From an uncultured Acidobacteriota bacterium (lineage in GTDB: Bacteria; Acidobacteriota; UBA6911), in NCBI GenBank assembly GCA_963809485.1, contig CAWEJX010000012.1, forward strand, positions 64,001-128,000: 64,000 bases of DNA. Reading direction: 5' to 3'. The notes beneath the pieces were generated by a model that saw nothing but the letters and a program-made list of their open reading frames with translations, had not been told where the DNA came from and did no database searches. Positions 53,992 to 64,000 of the stretch are shown in pieces. The position numbers and the translations under genes were made by a program. Position 1 is the stretch's first letter. Every line of letters begins with the position of its first letter.

Positions 53992-55140
53992 ATGCCGCTA
54001 TTTGAAGAAACTCCGGAACAGAAGGATTTTAGACAGGCATTCCGCAAATTTGTTGCTGCTGAAATTACTCCCCACCGGGAGGAATGGGAGAAGAAACGGG
54101 CAGTTCCTCGTGCTCTGTGGATAAAGATGGGGGAAATGGGATTCCTCTGTCCATGGCTGCCGGAGGAATATGGCGGATTGAACCTCGACTTTAGATATTC
54201 AGCCATAATAAATGAAGAGCTTGCCCGCGGCGAAGGATTCGGAGTTGGCGTCCCTCTCCATAGCGATGTTGCGACTCCCTATCTTTTTCACTACGGCACA
54301 GAAGAGCTGAAGAGAAGGCTGTTGCCAAAAACCACAACAGGAGAGGCTATCTGTGCCATCGCTTTTACCGAACCCAACGCGGGATCGGATCTGGCCGCGA
54401 TCCGGACAAAAGCCGTGCGGGATGCGGATCACTACATCATCAACGGTCAAAAGACCTTCATTACAAACGGCATATTTGCGGACATTATCATCACAGCCTG
54501 CAAAACCGGCCCATCGGAGAATAACAGATCCATTACCCTGATCGCGGTAGAGGCAGACAGCCCCGGATTCCACCGTGGACGTCAGCTCGACAAAATGGGC
54601 CGCCATATGCAGGATACGGCCGAGCTGTTTTACGAAGATTGCCGCGTTCCGGCAGGAAATTTGCTCGGCGAGGAGGGGAAGGGTTTCAACTACATGATGG
54701 AATGTCTTGACCGCGAGAGGCTCGAGGTGTGTGTCAAGTGCCAGGCGATGGCGGAGGAGTGCTTCAAAGAAGGCCTGAACTACGCCAAGACTCGGAAGGC
54801 CTTCGGGCGCCCGGTGGCTGAATTCCAGCATAATGCTTTCAAACTTGCAGAAATGGCAACGGAGGTTGAATTGGGCCGCACTTTCCTTAACGTACTCATT
54901 GAGGAATTCAACAGGGGAGAGAATATCAATGTAAAGGTCTCGATGGCGAAGGCATGGCTTGGCGAGATGGTTAACAGAGTTGCGTATCAGGCTCTCCAGC
55001 TGCATGGAGGATATGGCTACAGCGAGGAATACCGCATCTGCCGCCTTTACCGTGACGTCCGCATTCTGTCGATCTTTGCCGGCACAACCGAAATCATGAA
55101 GCTCATCATCGCCAGGAGCCTTGGCCTGAAAGGACTGTAA
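53992..55140 (+). CDS. Acyl-CoA dehydrogenase
   Basis: AFTEPNAGSD, INGQKTFITNG, QDTAELF, QLHGGYGY, IFAGTTEIMK; AGGAGG RBS. Confidence 0.92.
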   Translation: MPLFEETPEQKDFRQAFRKFVAAEITPHREEWEKKRAVPRALWIKMGEMGFLCPWLPEEYGGLNLDFRYSAIINEELARGEGFGVGVPLHSDVATPYLFHYGTEELKRRLLPKTTTGEAICAIAFTEPNAGSDLAAIRTKAVRDADHYIINGQKTFITNGIFADIIITACKTGPSENNRSITLIAVEADSPGFHRGRQLDKMGRHMQDTAELFYEDCRVPAGNLLGEEGKGFNYMMECLDRERLEVCVKCQAMAEECFKEGLNYAKTRKAFGRPVAEFQHNAFKLAEMATEVELGRTFLNVLIEEFNRGENINVKVSMAKAWLGEMVNRVAYQALQLHGGYGYSEEYRICRLYRDVRILSIFAGTTEIMKLIIARSLGLKGL

Positions 55141-55395
55141 TCGCTCCTCAGGATTACGATCTCAAATCACCTGAGGTAAAAGAGGCGGTGCGTCTCTTTA
55201 TTCTCAAGGGCGACACCTATCTGGAGTGTGAGATTTTGCTTAGACAGAATTGAAGCTGCCCGCAGGCTTGCAGGAGAATGCCGTATCTTCCAAAGTTGGA
55301 GAGTGAAGCGCATCCGGAGTTGCTGCATTCTGCGGGACGCCCGTTTTCAACATGGAATTGCTCAGAAATCATCAGGAGAACGAGGAGGCATGGCT

Positions 55396-57177
55396 ATGAA
55401 GAAGGGAATAAAGAGGTCACTATTGGGAGCATGCCTGATAGCAAGCATGTTTGGGATCAGATCAGGTTTTGCTCAGGTGACATTGGAGGTCATAAGTCCG
55501 CGGGCGGAAATTCCGCCTCCGCCGTCAATTCTTCACCCCGCACCTCGGCTTGCGGATCTGGCGGGCAAAAGAATTGGATTGATTGCCAATAACAAACCCG
55601 GTGCCGAGCTCTTTTTAACGAAGATCGAAGAATTGCTCAAGCAGAAGGTCCCTGATGCAAACATCGTGCGCCTTAAGATGATGAAGGTTTCGGCTGAACA
55701 AGCCAAGAAGCTGGCATCTCAAATCGACACCTTCATCCACAGCACAGGGGACTGAGGGGGATGTACGTGGCTGGTTAGCCGCGATACTATCGAACTGGAA
55801 AAGCTTGGCAAACCCGGCGTAGGCGTTGTCACTTCTACTTTTCTCAGTGATGCTCTTTCGGCGGCTCAAGACTCCGCTATGCCTACGGTGCGTCTTGTAG
55901 CGGTGCCTGCCAAAAATTACTATACGGCGCGGACTCAGGAACCGTTGATGAAGGACGTTGCGGCCGCGATTATTGATAAAGTCCTCGATGCATTAAAGCG
56001 TCCTTTGACCCCGGAAGAAACAGGTGCGGCTGAAGCCTCGAAGAAGGCGAAGAAGGACGAGGAAATACTAAAGTTCACCGGAGCGACCTATAACGAAGCA
56101 GCTGAGGCGCTTTACAAAGGATTTCTCGAGCGCCACTGGGCCGATGGATTGCCCATAATGCCTCCCACAAAAGAGGCTGTCGATTGGATGCTTACAGGAA
56201 CGAACCGCTCTCCGGAGGAAGTAATCGGCATTGTCGCCACAAAAGGCGGGAAGGCAACAATAAGAAAGATTGCCGCGAACGCTGTAATGGCGGGGGCAAG
56301 GCCGGAGTATTTGCCGGTGATCATTGCGGCTATGGAGGCCATCACAGGAGAAGGATTAAGCGCCCTGCATCTGCAGGCCTCCGCGGGATGCGTAAGCCCG
56401 CTCATTTTGGTCAACGGGCCGATCGCTCAAGAATTGGAGATAAATTCCGGGGCCGCCTATATGGGCCATGGATTCCGGGCGAATAACTCCATTGGACGTG
56501 CCGTCAGGCTGAGCATGATCAATTGCGGGCACATGTGGCCGCAACAAAACGATATGTGCTTGCTTGGACGGCAGGATGCGTTTGGGAATACGACTTTTGC
56601 GGAAAATGAGCAAGAGAGCCCATGGAAGCCGTACCACGTTGACTTGGGATTCAAACCGGAAGACAGCACCGTTACGGTAGTGAATTATATGCACCACAAA
56701 CGCGGTCCCGGCGGGCCGGTCGTGCCTGCAACTCCGTATGAGAGCCTGTTTGACCTGGCGAAAACAGTAGAGATCGTAAACACGCCTTTGGGATCGGCAT
56801 CCAATGAGGTCATAATAGCCATCGATCCGACTTTCGCCCACCAACTGTCCACGGTGGGGTTTAGCAAAGAGGATATTAAATGGTGGATCTTTTTGAATGC
56901 GCGCACTCCGTACTCGGAACTAAGAAAAGAAGAGAAAGAAAACCTTCGAAAGTCCATCGAAAGCGGGAAAACGCCCGCCTATCTTTGGACCTGGGGCGAA
57001 CAAGGGCAAGAGAAAAAAATTGAAAACATAGCGGATGTACCCTGCCTCCAGAAACCGGACCGGATTCACATTGCCGTGGTGGGTGGTTCGCCGGGATATT
57101 CGTATGTCTGGGAGTCACCGACGGGGCAGGCCACTAAACTGATACGCGGCGCCGCGCTCACTAAAGCAGGGCGTTAG
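55396..57177 (+). CDS. UGSC-family selenoprotein (UGGC variant), fused form with signal peptide (593 aa; Sec at TGA 55753-55755)
   Basis: HSTGD-[TGA]-GGCTWLVSRDTIELEKLGKPG reads in frame into ORF 55879..57177 (HWADGLPIMPPT); GAGGAGG RBS. Confidence 0.85.
55767..55782 (+). promoter_or_regulatory. Candidate SECIS element
   Basis: GUGGCU-GGUU-AGCCGC stem-loop (one GU pair) 11 nt after the UGA. Confidence 0.6.
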
Positions 57178-57514
57178 TCCGCCCGGGATTTGTGCTCGGT
57201 TCGCAGCACGCCACGCGTGCTCTTTCAAGGAGCATCGTCCGGACGCAAAGAGCATGCAGCGCTGGCCAAAAGCGGCATGCGAATCGGCCACGGCTTCCAG
57301 CCGTGGCCTTGGCCTGTCCCCGCAAAGCGGGGCGAACGGGTGTTATTCCTGTTTTGCGGAGCATACAGAGAAAAGAAACTTTACAGAGCAGCTTTCGCAT
57401 GCTCCGCGTGACACTTCCCTTTTGCTGGTGGCCGCTTGCTGGAAGGACTCAGCCTGTGAGGGCGCATGGCCCGAAGCCCGTGGCTTTATGGGCACTGAGG
57501 TCACTGAAAGAACA

Positions 57515-58849
57515 TCAGCGTGTGCCTTTTTTATCTTCTTTGCCAAATGGGATATCCTGCTTGCCGGCCCCAGTCAGGACCTCTTCCCAATTGGCGGGCA
57601 GCTTCACCTCTCTGCTCACTGCTTTGGAACCGCCCCACACGGGAACGATCATGTTTTTCTCTCCCGGAGGGCCTCCTGCAACCAATATGAGCAGTTGATC
57701 GATGGAAGGCGTAGGGATCATCGCCTTCGACGCGTCGGTTGCCCCGGGAATGGAGTCAGACGCTCCAGGCGCTTCGCCGGACGGACGGTTGAACCTTTTT
57801 TTGAACTCGGCTGCGGGCGTCACGGCATGTTCGGCGATGTACTTTTTAAGTCCGTCCTTCGTCCATCCGTCACCCGCCAGTATGTCGACCGTGTCGTAAT
57901 TGAGAATCAACAGCAACACGCCCATGCGGGCGCTGTGCAATCCTACCAGTCGGTCCGCCAAGAGGCTCAGGAACTGCTCGGAGGTCAGACCCAATCCCAC
58001 AATCGCCTGATAGGATTCCGCCGTGACGACCGTAACGAGATTCGAGTCTTTTGAGTGGCCCAAATCGACGCGCAAAGGCTTCCAGGGATTCCCCTCTTCG
58101 ATTTCAGCAACACAATTCGCGAACTCGCCCGGTTGACCTAAAGTAGACATGTCGTTGACACCCGGCCAACTTCCGCCGATGTTGTTGATGATCATGTGCA
58201 GGGCCCGGCCGATTGTCGCATTTGACCGCCAGCCGCGTCCCAGGGCGTTTGACCCTGAATTGATGTCCAGTTGCCTGGCGATCGGGCCGCTGACGATGAT
58301 CAAGGGGGAGTCATTGCTTGTAGTGGTCGCCACCTGCGACAGGTTGAACTCCGGGTCGGACACGGCCTCGACAGCCGCAATGAGCACCGGCATGTACTCC
58401 GGCCGGCACCCCGCCATCACTGCATTGACGGCAATTTTCTCCACTGTGGCCTGCCCCCCCTTGGGCGGCACGGAGGCGATCACCTTTTCGGCGGGCATAT
58501 CAACGCCGCGCAGCATCTCCCTTACGAGTTCGGGCGTTGGAGGCACGATCGGCAAACCGTCGCCCCACCCGCGCCTGTAAAACAGATCGTTGACCTCCGC
58601 GAAAGCATCCTTGACGATCGTAATTTTCTCGGTTCTCCCCTCGACAAATTCTCCCGCCAAAGAGGGCCGCGTCTTGCCGGTAGCCGCCATGACAGTTTTG
58701 AGAAGTTTGTCGATATAGGCTCCATCTTCGCGTATGCCGGCCGGGTTATAGACTTCGATCACCTGATTGGCCGCAGCGAAAACGGAGGATGCCAGAACAG
58801 CATTGAGGATGAGGGCACGCACGATGGTACGCTGAGAAGTTGTCGGCAT
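57515..58849 (-). CDS. UGSC partner-domain protein with signal peptide; Sec domain absent
   Basis: ATG 58849 with GGAG; VYNPAG start retained, then the protein jumps to GWGDGLPIVPPT, AVNAVMAGC, RSNATIGRA. Confidence 0.78.
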   Translation of the reverse strand: MPTTSQRTIVRALILNAVLASSVFAAANQVIEVYNPAGIREDGAYIDKLLKTVMAATGKTRPSLAGEFVEGRTEKITIVKDAFAEVNDLFYRRGWGDGLPIVPPTPELVREMLRGVDMPAEKVIASVPPKGGQATVEKIAVNAVMAGCRPEYMPVLIAAVEAVSDPEFNLSQVATTTSNDSPLIIVSGPIARQLDINSGSNALGRGWRSNATIGRALHMIINNIGGSWPGVNDMSTLGQPGEFANCVAEIEEGNPWKPLRVDLGHSKDSNLVTVVTAESYQAIVGLGLTSEQFLSLLADRLVGLHSARMGVLLLILNYDTVDILAGDGWTKDGLKKYIAEHAVTPAAEFKKRFNRPSGEAPGASDSIPGATDASKAMIPTPSIDQLLILVAGGPPGEKNMIVPVWGGSKAVSREVKLPANWEEVLTGAGKQDIPFGKEDKKGTR

Positions 58850-59099
58850 CCCATAGCTCCTGTTTCGAAATGTGTGGGCGCGCATCGTTACCCCGGAGGT
58901 CCATCGGCCGTCGCGAGGTCCGTGAGAATGGATGTGATACAAGGGCGACACAGGCATTGCGGCCGCATTTCGCAGCCGATTGTCCCGCAGGTTCCCGGGC
59001 TTTTGACTCGTTGGAACGAGTATCGCGCCCTAAACCATTCTAACGGCCGGCATGGGTCCATGCCCTTTGACATTTGGCTACGACAAAATCATGTGCGGA

Positions 59100-59350
59100 C
59101 GGCTCTCCAAAGACTTTCTCAAAACCACTGGCATGAGATCCTCGCCGGCAGTTTTGAGAAAGTCTCTGGAGAGCGGTTTTCACCCCATCAACAGCAACGG
59201 CTGAGTAAATGGCACTTATATATGATTTTTCAGCGTGCGTCAGCGTTTATCGGCGTTAGTCAGCGTTAAAATTTATGCACGGGCTTCCAGAATCGGTATC
59301 AAAACGACTGTCGCGAGATCCTCGCCCCCAGTTTTGACACAGTTTCTCCA
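59100..59350. repeat. Two related palindromic units flanking a TCAGCGT-type repeat
   Basis: GACTTTCTCAAAAC...GAGATCCTCGCC...GTTTTGAGAAAGTC and TCAAAAC...GAGATCCTCGCC...GTTTTGACA between genes. Confidence 0.5.
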
Positions 59351-59460
59351 GGGCCGTCCGGTAAGACTGAATCGCGTCCGCTTATAGATTCAGGTTTTTT
59401 CGCGCTTCGCATCGGGTTGATCCCAATGGCCATAGGTAAAGATCTGTTGGATGCACTGCG

Positions 59461-61137
59461 CTAGTAAATCTCGTAGTTGGGAACAAGAGCTTTATATTTT
59501 GCTACAAGCTTGTCCCAATTGCGGGGAAACTCGATCTTTTTGGTGACGAAGCTGTTTTCGAAACCGCCCGAGCTCTTAAGTGCCGCCATCCAGACGCCAG
59601 ACCCGCCCGAGACGACCACTATGAAATCCTCTTCTTTGAGCGGCGATCGAAATTCGCCCCGAGGCGCGTTTTTCAAAATGAACTCCCTGAGCCTCTTCTT
59701 CGACCACCCTTCGCTTGAAAGAATGCGAGCATGATCGGGGATGACCACCAGGCAGGACAGCGCGTTAGGACCAAAGCTCGCGAGTCTTTCGGCAATTCCC
59801 TGAGCCGTCGTCTGACTGGGGATGGTTTGGGTAAAGCTATTCGGAAAAAGTACAGTCAGCGCGCTGTCCTCTTTTTTCAGGCCGAAGTTGACATGCAGGG
59901 GTTCCCATGGGCTTTCTTCTTCATTCTCCCCGAGCACAAGGGTGTATTTTTGGGGATTGCCCATGACCCCCATGTCCTCGATACCCTTTCTCACCCCAGC
60001 GATGTTCTTGACCATTAGGCCGACGGCGCGCCCAATGGCGGCGTTGGCCATGTTCCCGGGACTGAAAACGCCCGAGCCGCAATTTATATTGAGATCATTG
60101 CGCACCCCGCCGTTGATGATGAAGAAAGGCGCCCACGAACCCGTGCTTGTTTGAAAGACATCGAATCTGGTTTTCGGATCCGCCAGAGCTTGCACCGCCG
60201 CTATCAGCACCGGCATGTAAGTAGGAAGGGCGCCGGCCATGACCGCGTTTACTGCAATTTTCTCAACAGTAGCCTTGCCTAACTTCGGTACCATCTTGGC
60301 CACCACCTGATCGGGCGGCAGGTCCGTCCCGGTCATCATTTCCGCCACCGCCTTTTCGGTTGGCGGCACAACCGGCAGGCCATCGGTCCAGCCCTTACTG
60401 TAGAAGAAATGGGTTACCTCCTGTTGGGTTCCCTTGAAAATGATCCGGGGAGCCTTCGCCGCTTTCGGCTTCGGCGATTTCTCTTCGGGCGTCAGCGGTT
60501 TAGTCAGTGCGGCAATAATTTCCGGCAGAACGGCAGTGATGCCGCCCTCGATATCTGCGGCAACAGTGGATTCACAAGCGATATTTTCAGCCAGGATTCT
60601 GACTCCCGGCATTCCTTTGACAGATGCTGCTGCCTGGGCATCCTTAACGAAACCATAATTCGCCAGTACCACGACCGGCGTGCCAAAGTCCTCGACGGAT
60701 ACTCCGTTGTACGCGAGGTACTTTGTGCAGGACCCTCAGTCACCGACCATGGCAATGACAGCGTCCATACTCTTTACCCAGGCGGCAAATTCATTGCCGT
60801 CTTTCTGTTCTGCCACGATGATGGTCGTCAAACGGGGTTCAAAGAAGCTGAACTCAGCAGTAGTATATTTTTCTTTCAGTTGCTTCGCAATCGCCTCTGC
60901 CATAGGCTTGGCGGCGCGCTTCCTGTTGGTAAACAGCCCGATTTTCTTGCCGGCCAAAGTATCCAGCCGGGGCGCGAGTCCCCTCGGCGGCACTGCATCC
61001 GCTTCCGCCCACGGGCTAAGGACCTCGTATTGATTGTCCGGTGCGGGGCTGGCGAACGGCGTTGGTGAAGGGGCCGTTACTACCAACGTGCAGAGGACAG
61101 TGGTGATCAAAACCGACGCAATTTTATGCATAAGCAC
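59461..61137 (-). CDS. UGSC-family selenoprotein, fused form with signal peptide (558 aa; Sec at TGA 60736-60738)
   Basis: AMVGD-[TGA]-GSCTKYLAYNGVSVEDFGTP in frame with ORF 59461..60672; close paralog of 7921..9639 with the TGA at the same position. Confidence 0.86.
60685..60724 (-). promoter_or_regulatory. Candidate SECIS element
   Basis: AAAGT(A)CCTCG..TAC-AACGGA-GTA..CGAGGACTTT, 11 nt after the UGA. Confidence 0.55.
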
Positions 61138-61225
61138 TCTCTCTTCTCCTCAGATATTGTGTGCTGAATTGCCATTCAGTTTTTCAGAATACCAACTGAA
61201 TGGCAAATTGTATTTTCTGCAAAGA

Positions 61226-62191
61226 CTAAGCGCAGGCCAGTATCGCTTTCTTTACCATCCCCGCGGCGACCTGAATCTTCCACTTGTTCAGCGCCAGAGC
61301 CCTCGCTTCCGTGACCGCAACCGTGCCGGCCGCCTGCGCGCTCGCCACATCGATCGTCTTGCCCGCTATGGATTCCTCCGCTTTGGTCGCCCGGTAGGGT
61401 TTGTTATATACCGCATTGAGACATATCCGGGCCGTTCCGCCCCCAATGGCCGCCGCACAATTCACGATGGGAAAGTCTATCGACGACCTCAGGGCAAACT
61501 TTACAAAGGCGCTTTTGACGCCGGAAGCCGGCGCGGGAACCTGAATCTCCTTTACGATTTCATCGTTCTCCAGCACCGTGGAACGAGGGATCTTTACCGC
61601 CCAGAACTCCTCGGCGTTGAGGGTTCTCTTCGACGTCACGATCCTGGCATTTAAAGCGACCAGCGCCGGCGCCGTGTCGCTTGGATTCACAGCCATGCAG
61701 GCTGAAACACCCCCGAATATCGAGTGATATCGATTCTCCCCGGCCATGGCAAAGCACGCTTTGCCGCCTTTCCTGATACAGAAAAACCTGTTGTCGTGAA
61801 GCCGGAAATACCAGCATCGATTCAGCTGGCAGATGTTGCCGCCGATCGTCCCCATTTCCCGGATGTGCGGCGAAGCGGTCTTATGGGCCGCCTCCGACAG
61901 CGCCGTCCATTTGCTTTTGACCACACTGCTCTTCGCAATGTCCTCGAGCCGGGCCAATGCGCCAATCCGCAGCATGCCCTTTTCTTCTTTGATGTAATCC
62001 AGGCTTGGCGTAATGGTCTTGAGGTTTACCAGAATCTGAGGATACATGGCATCCGGGAGTACCTCAAACCTCATGGTTCCCACAAGATCGGTGCCCCCGG
62101 CAAGTGCCCAGGCATTGGCTGCACGCAGGGCCGACACCGCCTCTTCTACCGTCTTGGCATTGACACGGGTGAATTTCTTTACGGTCTTCAT
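61226..62191 (-). CDS. XDH-family FAD-binding subunit with [4Fe-4S] loop
   Basis: AGGTDL, ASPHIR, TIGGN, CWYFR...C..KGG..C...C, NPSDTAPAL. Confidence 0.9.
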   Translation of the reverse strand: MKTVKKFTRVNAKTVEEAVSALRAANAWALAGGTDLVGTMRFEVLPDAMYPQILVNLKTITPSLDYIKEEKGMLRIGALARLEDIAKSSVVKSKWTALSEAAHKTASPHIREMGTIGGNICQLNRCWYFRLHDNRFFCIRKGGKACFAMAGENRYHSIFGGVSACMAVNPSDTAPALVALNARIVTSKRTLNAEEFWAVKIPRSTVLENDEIVKEIQVPAPASGVKSAFVKFALRSSIDFPIVNCAAAIGGGTARICLNAVYNKPYRATKAEESIAGKTIDVASAQAAGTVAVTEARALALNKWKIQVAAGMVKKAILACA

Positions 62192-62205
62192 TTTTGTCTA
62201 AGCTC

Positions 62206-63999
62206 CTATGCTTTGCCCAATGCTTTAAGGATCCTGTCCGGGGTGACCGGTTCAATGTCCACATACTTGCCTATGGCGTTGTATACGGCCGTAGGCATGA
62301 TGGTGTGGTTGCAGGCGCCGCCGGATTCCCCGATGCCGCAGCTTCCGTAAGGGGCATACGCCAGACCCGTTTCCACATAGGCGCAGTCAATGGATGCGAC
62401 GTCATTCATCACATTCACCGGGTAACCTATCAGGTTATCGTTGAGTACCACTCCTGTTTTTGGATCGTGATATACCGTCTCTTTGCTGGATCTCCCGAGC
62501 CCCATATAAGCGCCGCCGTACTGCTGGCCGTTAAACGCGTCCGGGTTTATTACTCTGCCTCCGTCATTGACACTAACCTGTTTTAGTATTTCTATCCCTC
62601 CCGTATCGGGGTCTACCTCTATTTCCACGAAGTGCGCTTGCCGGACCATGTTGTACTCATGTCCCACACCGCCACGCCCTGTGTGACCGGGAGTATAGTC
62701 CCATACATACAAATAATAAGTCAGGGCTGCTGCGATTTGCGCCAGTGTCTTTTTGTTTTCCGGGTGTGCCTTTTCAAAAATTACGCTGTCCTTGATGTCC
62801 AATTCCTCAGGCTTTTTATTCGGAAAGAACGCAGGCCTTGAAGGCATCAGATTTCCCAGTGTTCTGCGCAGGGGGGTTGGCTGGGTTACCATTTCAAGGA
62901 TCAACTGCTTCATCTTCCGCGCGGCTCTTGCCGCTGCGAGATTACTTCCGCTCATCCCCTGGGATCCGCCGCCCGGCTCCGATACGAGACCGTCGCGGCC
63001 TTCGAACGGTCTTATCCGAACGTCTTTATAATCGGCTCCCATTTCATCCGCCACCACCTGGGAGTAGGAGGTCTGTCCACACAACCCTACATCACATTGC
63101 GTAGCCAGGATATCAACCGTTCCATCGGCATTCACTCGGATGCCCATGCCGGCAGTCCCCACCGTATGCGCCCACCCGACGGTGGAGACATAGCCCATCC
63201 CGTGATAATTCCCATTGGGCAGAATTTTTGTCCCGGGCAAGTGCCATTTCTTATCCCACTCCATAATCTTCTTACCCAGTTCGTTCACCTCTTTGAAACT
63301 GTCTCTGTCCGTGTTAAATCCCTGCGGCTTCCTGATGTGTTCGTTGGCATAGGCCCAGTCGTGGCCTTCGCAGCCCTCATTGATCTGGGCGACCTTGCTT
63401 GGATCCATCCCCAGTTCGCCGGCTACGTGCTCCCATACCTGGGTTACAACTCTGGTGGCCGAGCAACCATGCTTGAAGCACTGGATGGGCGGCTTTGTAT
63501 GAGCCGCCACATCGCACGTAATGTATATATTGGGGATCGTGGTGCCTTCGTGTATTTTGTTGGTACTGGTTTGTGTAACCCAAGCTTCGTAGCATTTCAG
63601 TTGCATGGCGGTGATGCGGCCATCCAGTTTGAATCCTACTTTGAAGTAATAGCGCGACCGGGCGTCCTCGTCACAGCCCTCGAAGTGACTGTCATCGTCC
63701 AGGACCTTTACCGGACACCCCGTTCGCCTGGCTGCTATCACAGCAACCACTGCTGTATGGGGGTTCGAGCGTAAATTTCCCGTACCTCCAAAAATAGCTC
63801 CATTATAGGGCAGGTAAAGATGGATCTTGTGCACAGGGCTGTATTGCCGCAGAGCGTCCATCGCGTACAACCAGTTCTGGCCGTGATGCCAAACATCCAG
63901 ATAGTCTCCCCGGCATTCGGCCACTCCGACATGGCCCTCTACCCCGGCCCACACGTCCTGATCATCACCCGCTACCCATTCGACCACTTTGTCGGCCTC
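62206..63999 (-). CDS. XDH-family Mo-binding subunit, 5' end outside window
   Basis: Frame open to the window edge; EIEVDPDTG, DGGRVINP, GIGESG, TAVYNAIG, PVTPDRIL. Confidence 0.87.
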   Translation of the reverse strand, partial: EADKVVEWVAGDDQDVWAGVEGHVGVAECRGDYLDVWHHGQNWLYAMDALRQYSPVHKIHLYLPYNGAIFGGTGNLRSNPHTAVVAVIAARRTGCPVKVLDDDSHFEGCDEDARSRYYFKVGFKLDGRITAMQLKCYEAWVTQTSTNKIHEGTTIPNIYITCDVAAHTKPPIQCFKHGCSATRVVTQVWEHVAGELGMDPSKVAQINEGCEGHDWAYANEHIRKPQGFNTDRDSFKEVNELGKKIMEWDKKWHLPGTKILPNGNYHGMGYVSTVGWAHTVGTAGMGIRVNADGTVDILATQCDVGLCGQTSYSQVVADEMGADYKDVRIRPFEGRDGLVSEPGGGSQGMSGSNLAAARAARKMKQLILEMVTQPTPLRRTLGNLMPSRPAFFPNKKPEELDIKDSVIFEKAHPENKKTLAQIAAALTYYLYVWDYTPGHTGRGGVGHEYNMVRQAHFVEIEVDPDTGGIEILKQVSVNDGGRVINPDAFNGQQYGGAYMGLGRSSKETVYHDPKTGVVLNDNLIGYPVNVMNDVASIDCAYVETGLAYAPYGSCGIGESGGACNHTIMPTAVYNAIGKYVDIEPVTPDRILKALGKA

Positions 64000-64000
64000 G

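Overview
Bacterial DNA that looks like an anaerobe's catabolic island. The dominant signal is an expanded family of UGSC-type (seleno)proteins, with 11 loci. Five carry an in-frame TGA in a U-G-(S/G)-C motif, each followed 11 nt later by a SECIS-like hairpin, so the ORF track wrongly splits them. Four have lost both Sec and Cys at that motif, and two encode only the partner C-terminal domain. Several have export signals. Their Sec domain resembles the active-site region of glycine/proline reductase selenoprotein B. Neighbouring genes: a thioredoxin reductase, two CoA-transferase III pairs, a MaoC dehydratase, three DHDPS-family Schiff-base enzymes and two glycyl-radical-family enzymes. One of the latter has Ser in place of the radical Gly and lies next to its activase. 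Also present are xanthine-dehydrogenase-family molybdoenzyme genes (one FAD subunit carries a GltD-like insertion), esterases, amidohydrolases, an acyl-CoA dehydrogenase and a MarR regulator. A recurrent palindrome, GTACGTATACGTAC, is a candidate operator. Non-coding elements include four copies of an IS200/IS605-like non-autonomous element, a REP-like cluster and a probable group II intron 3' relic. About 15 single-base frameshifts are most likely long-read assembly errors. No rRNA, tRNA or CRISPR array was seen. All calls come from reading motifs by eye; no searches were run.
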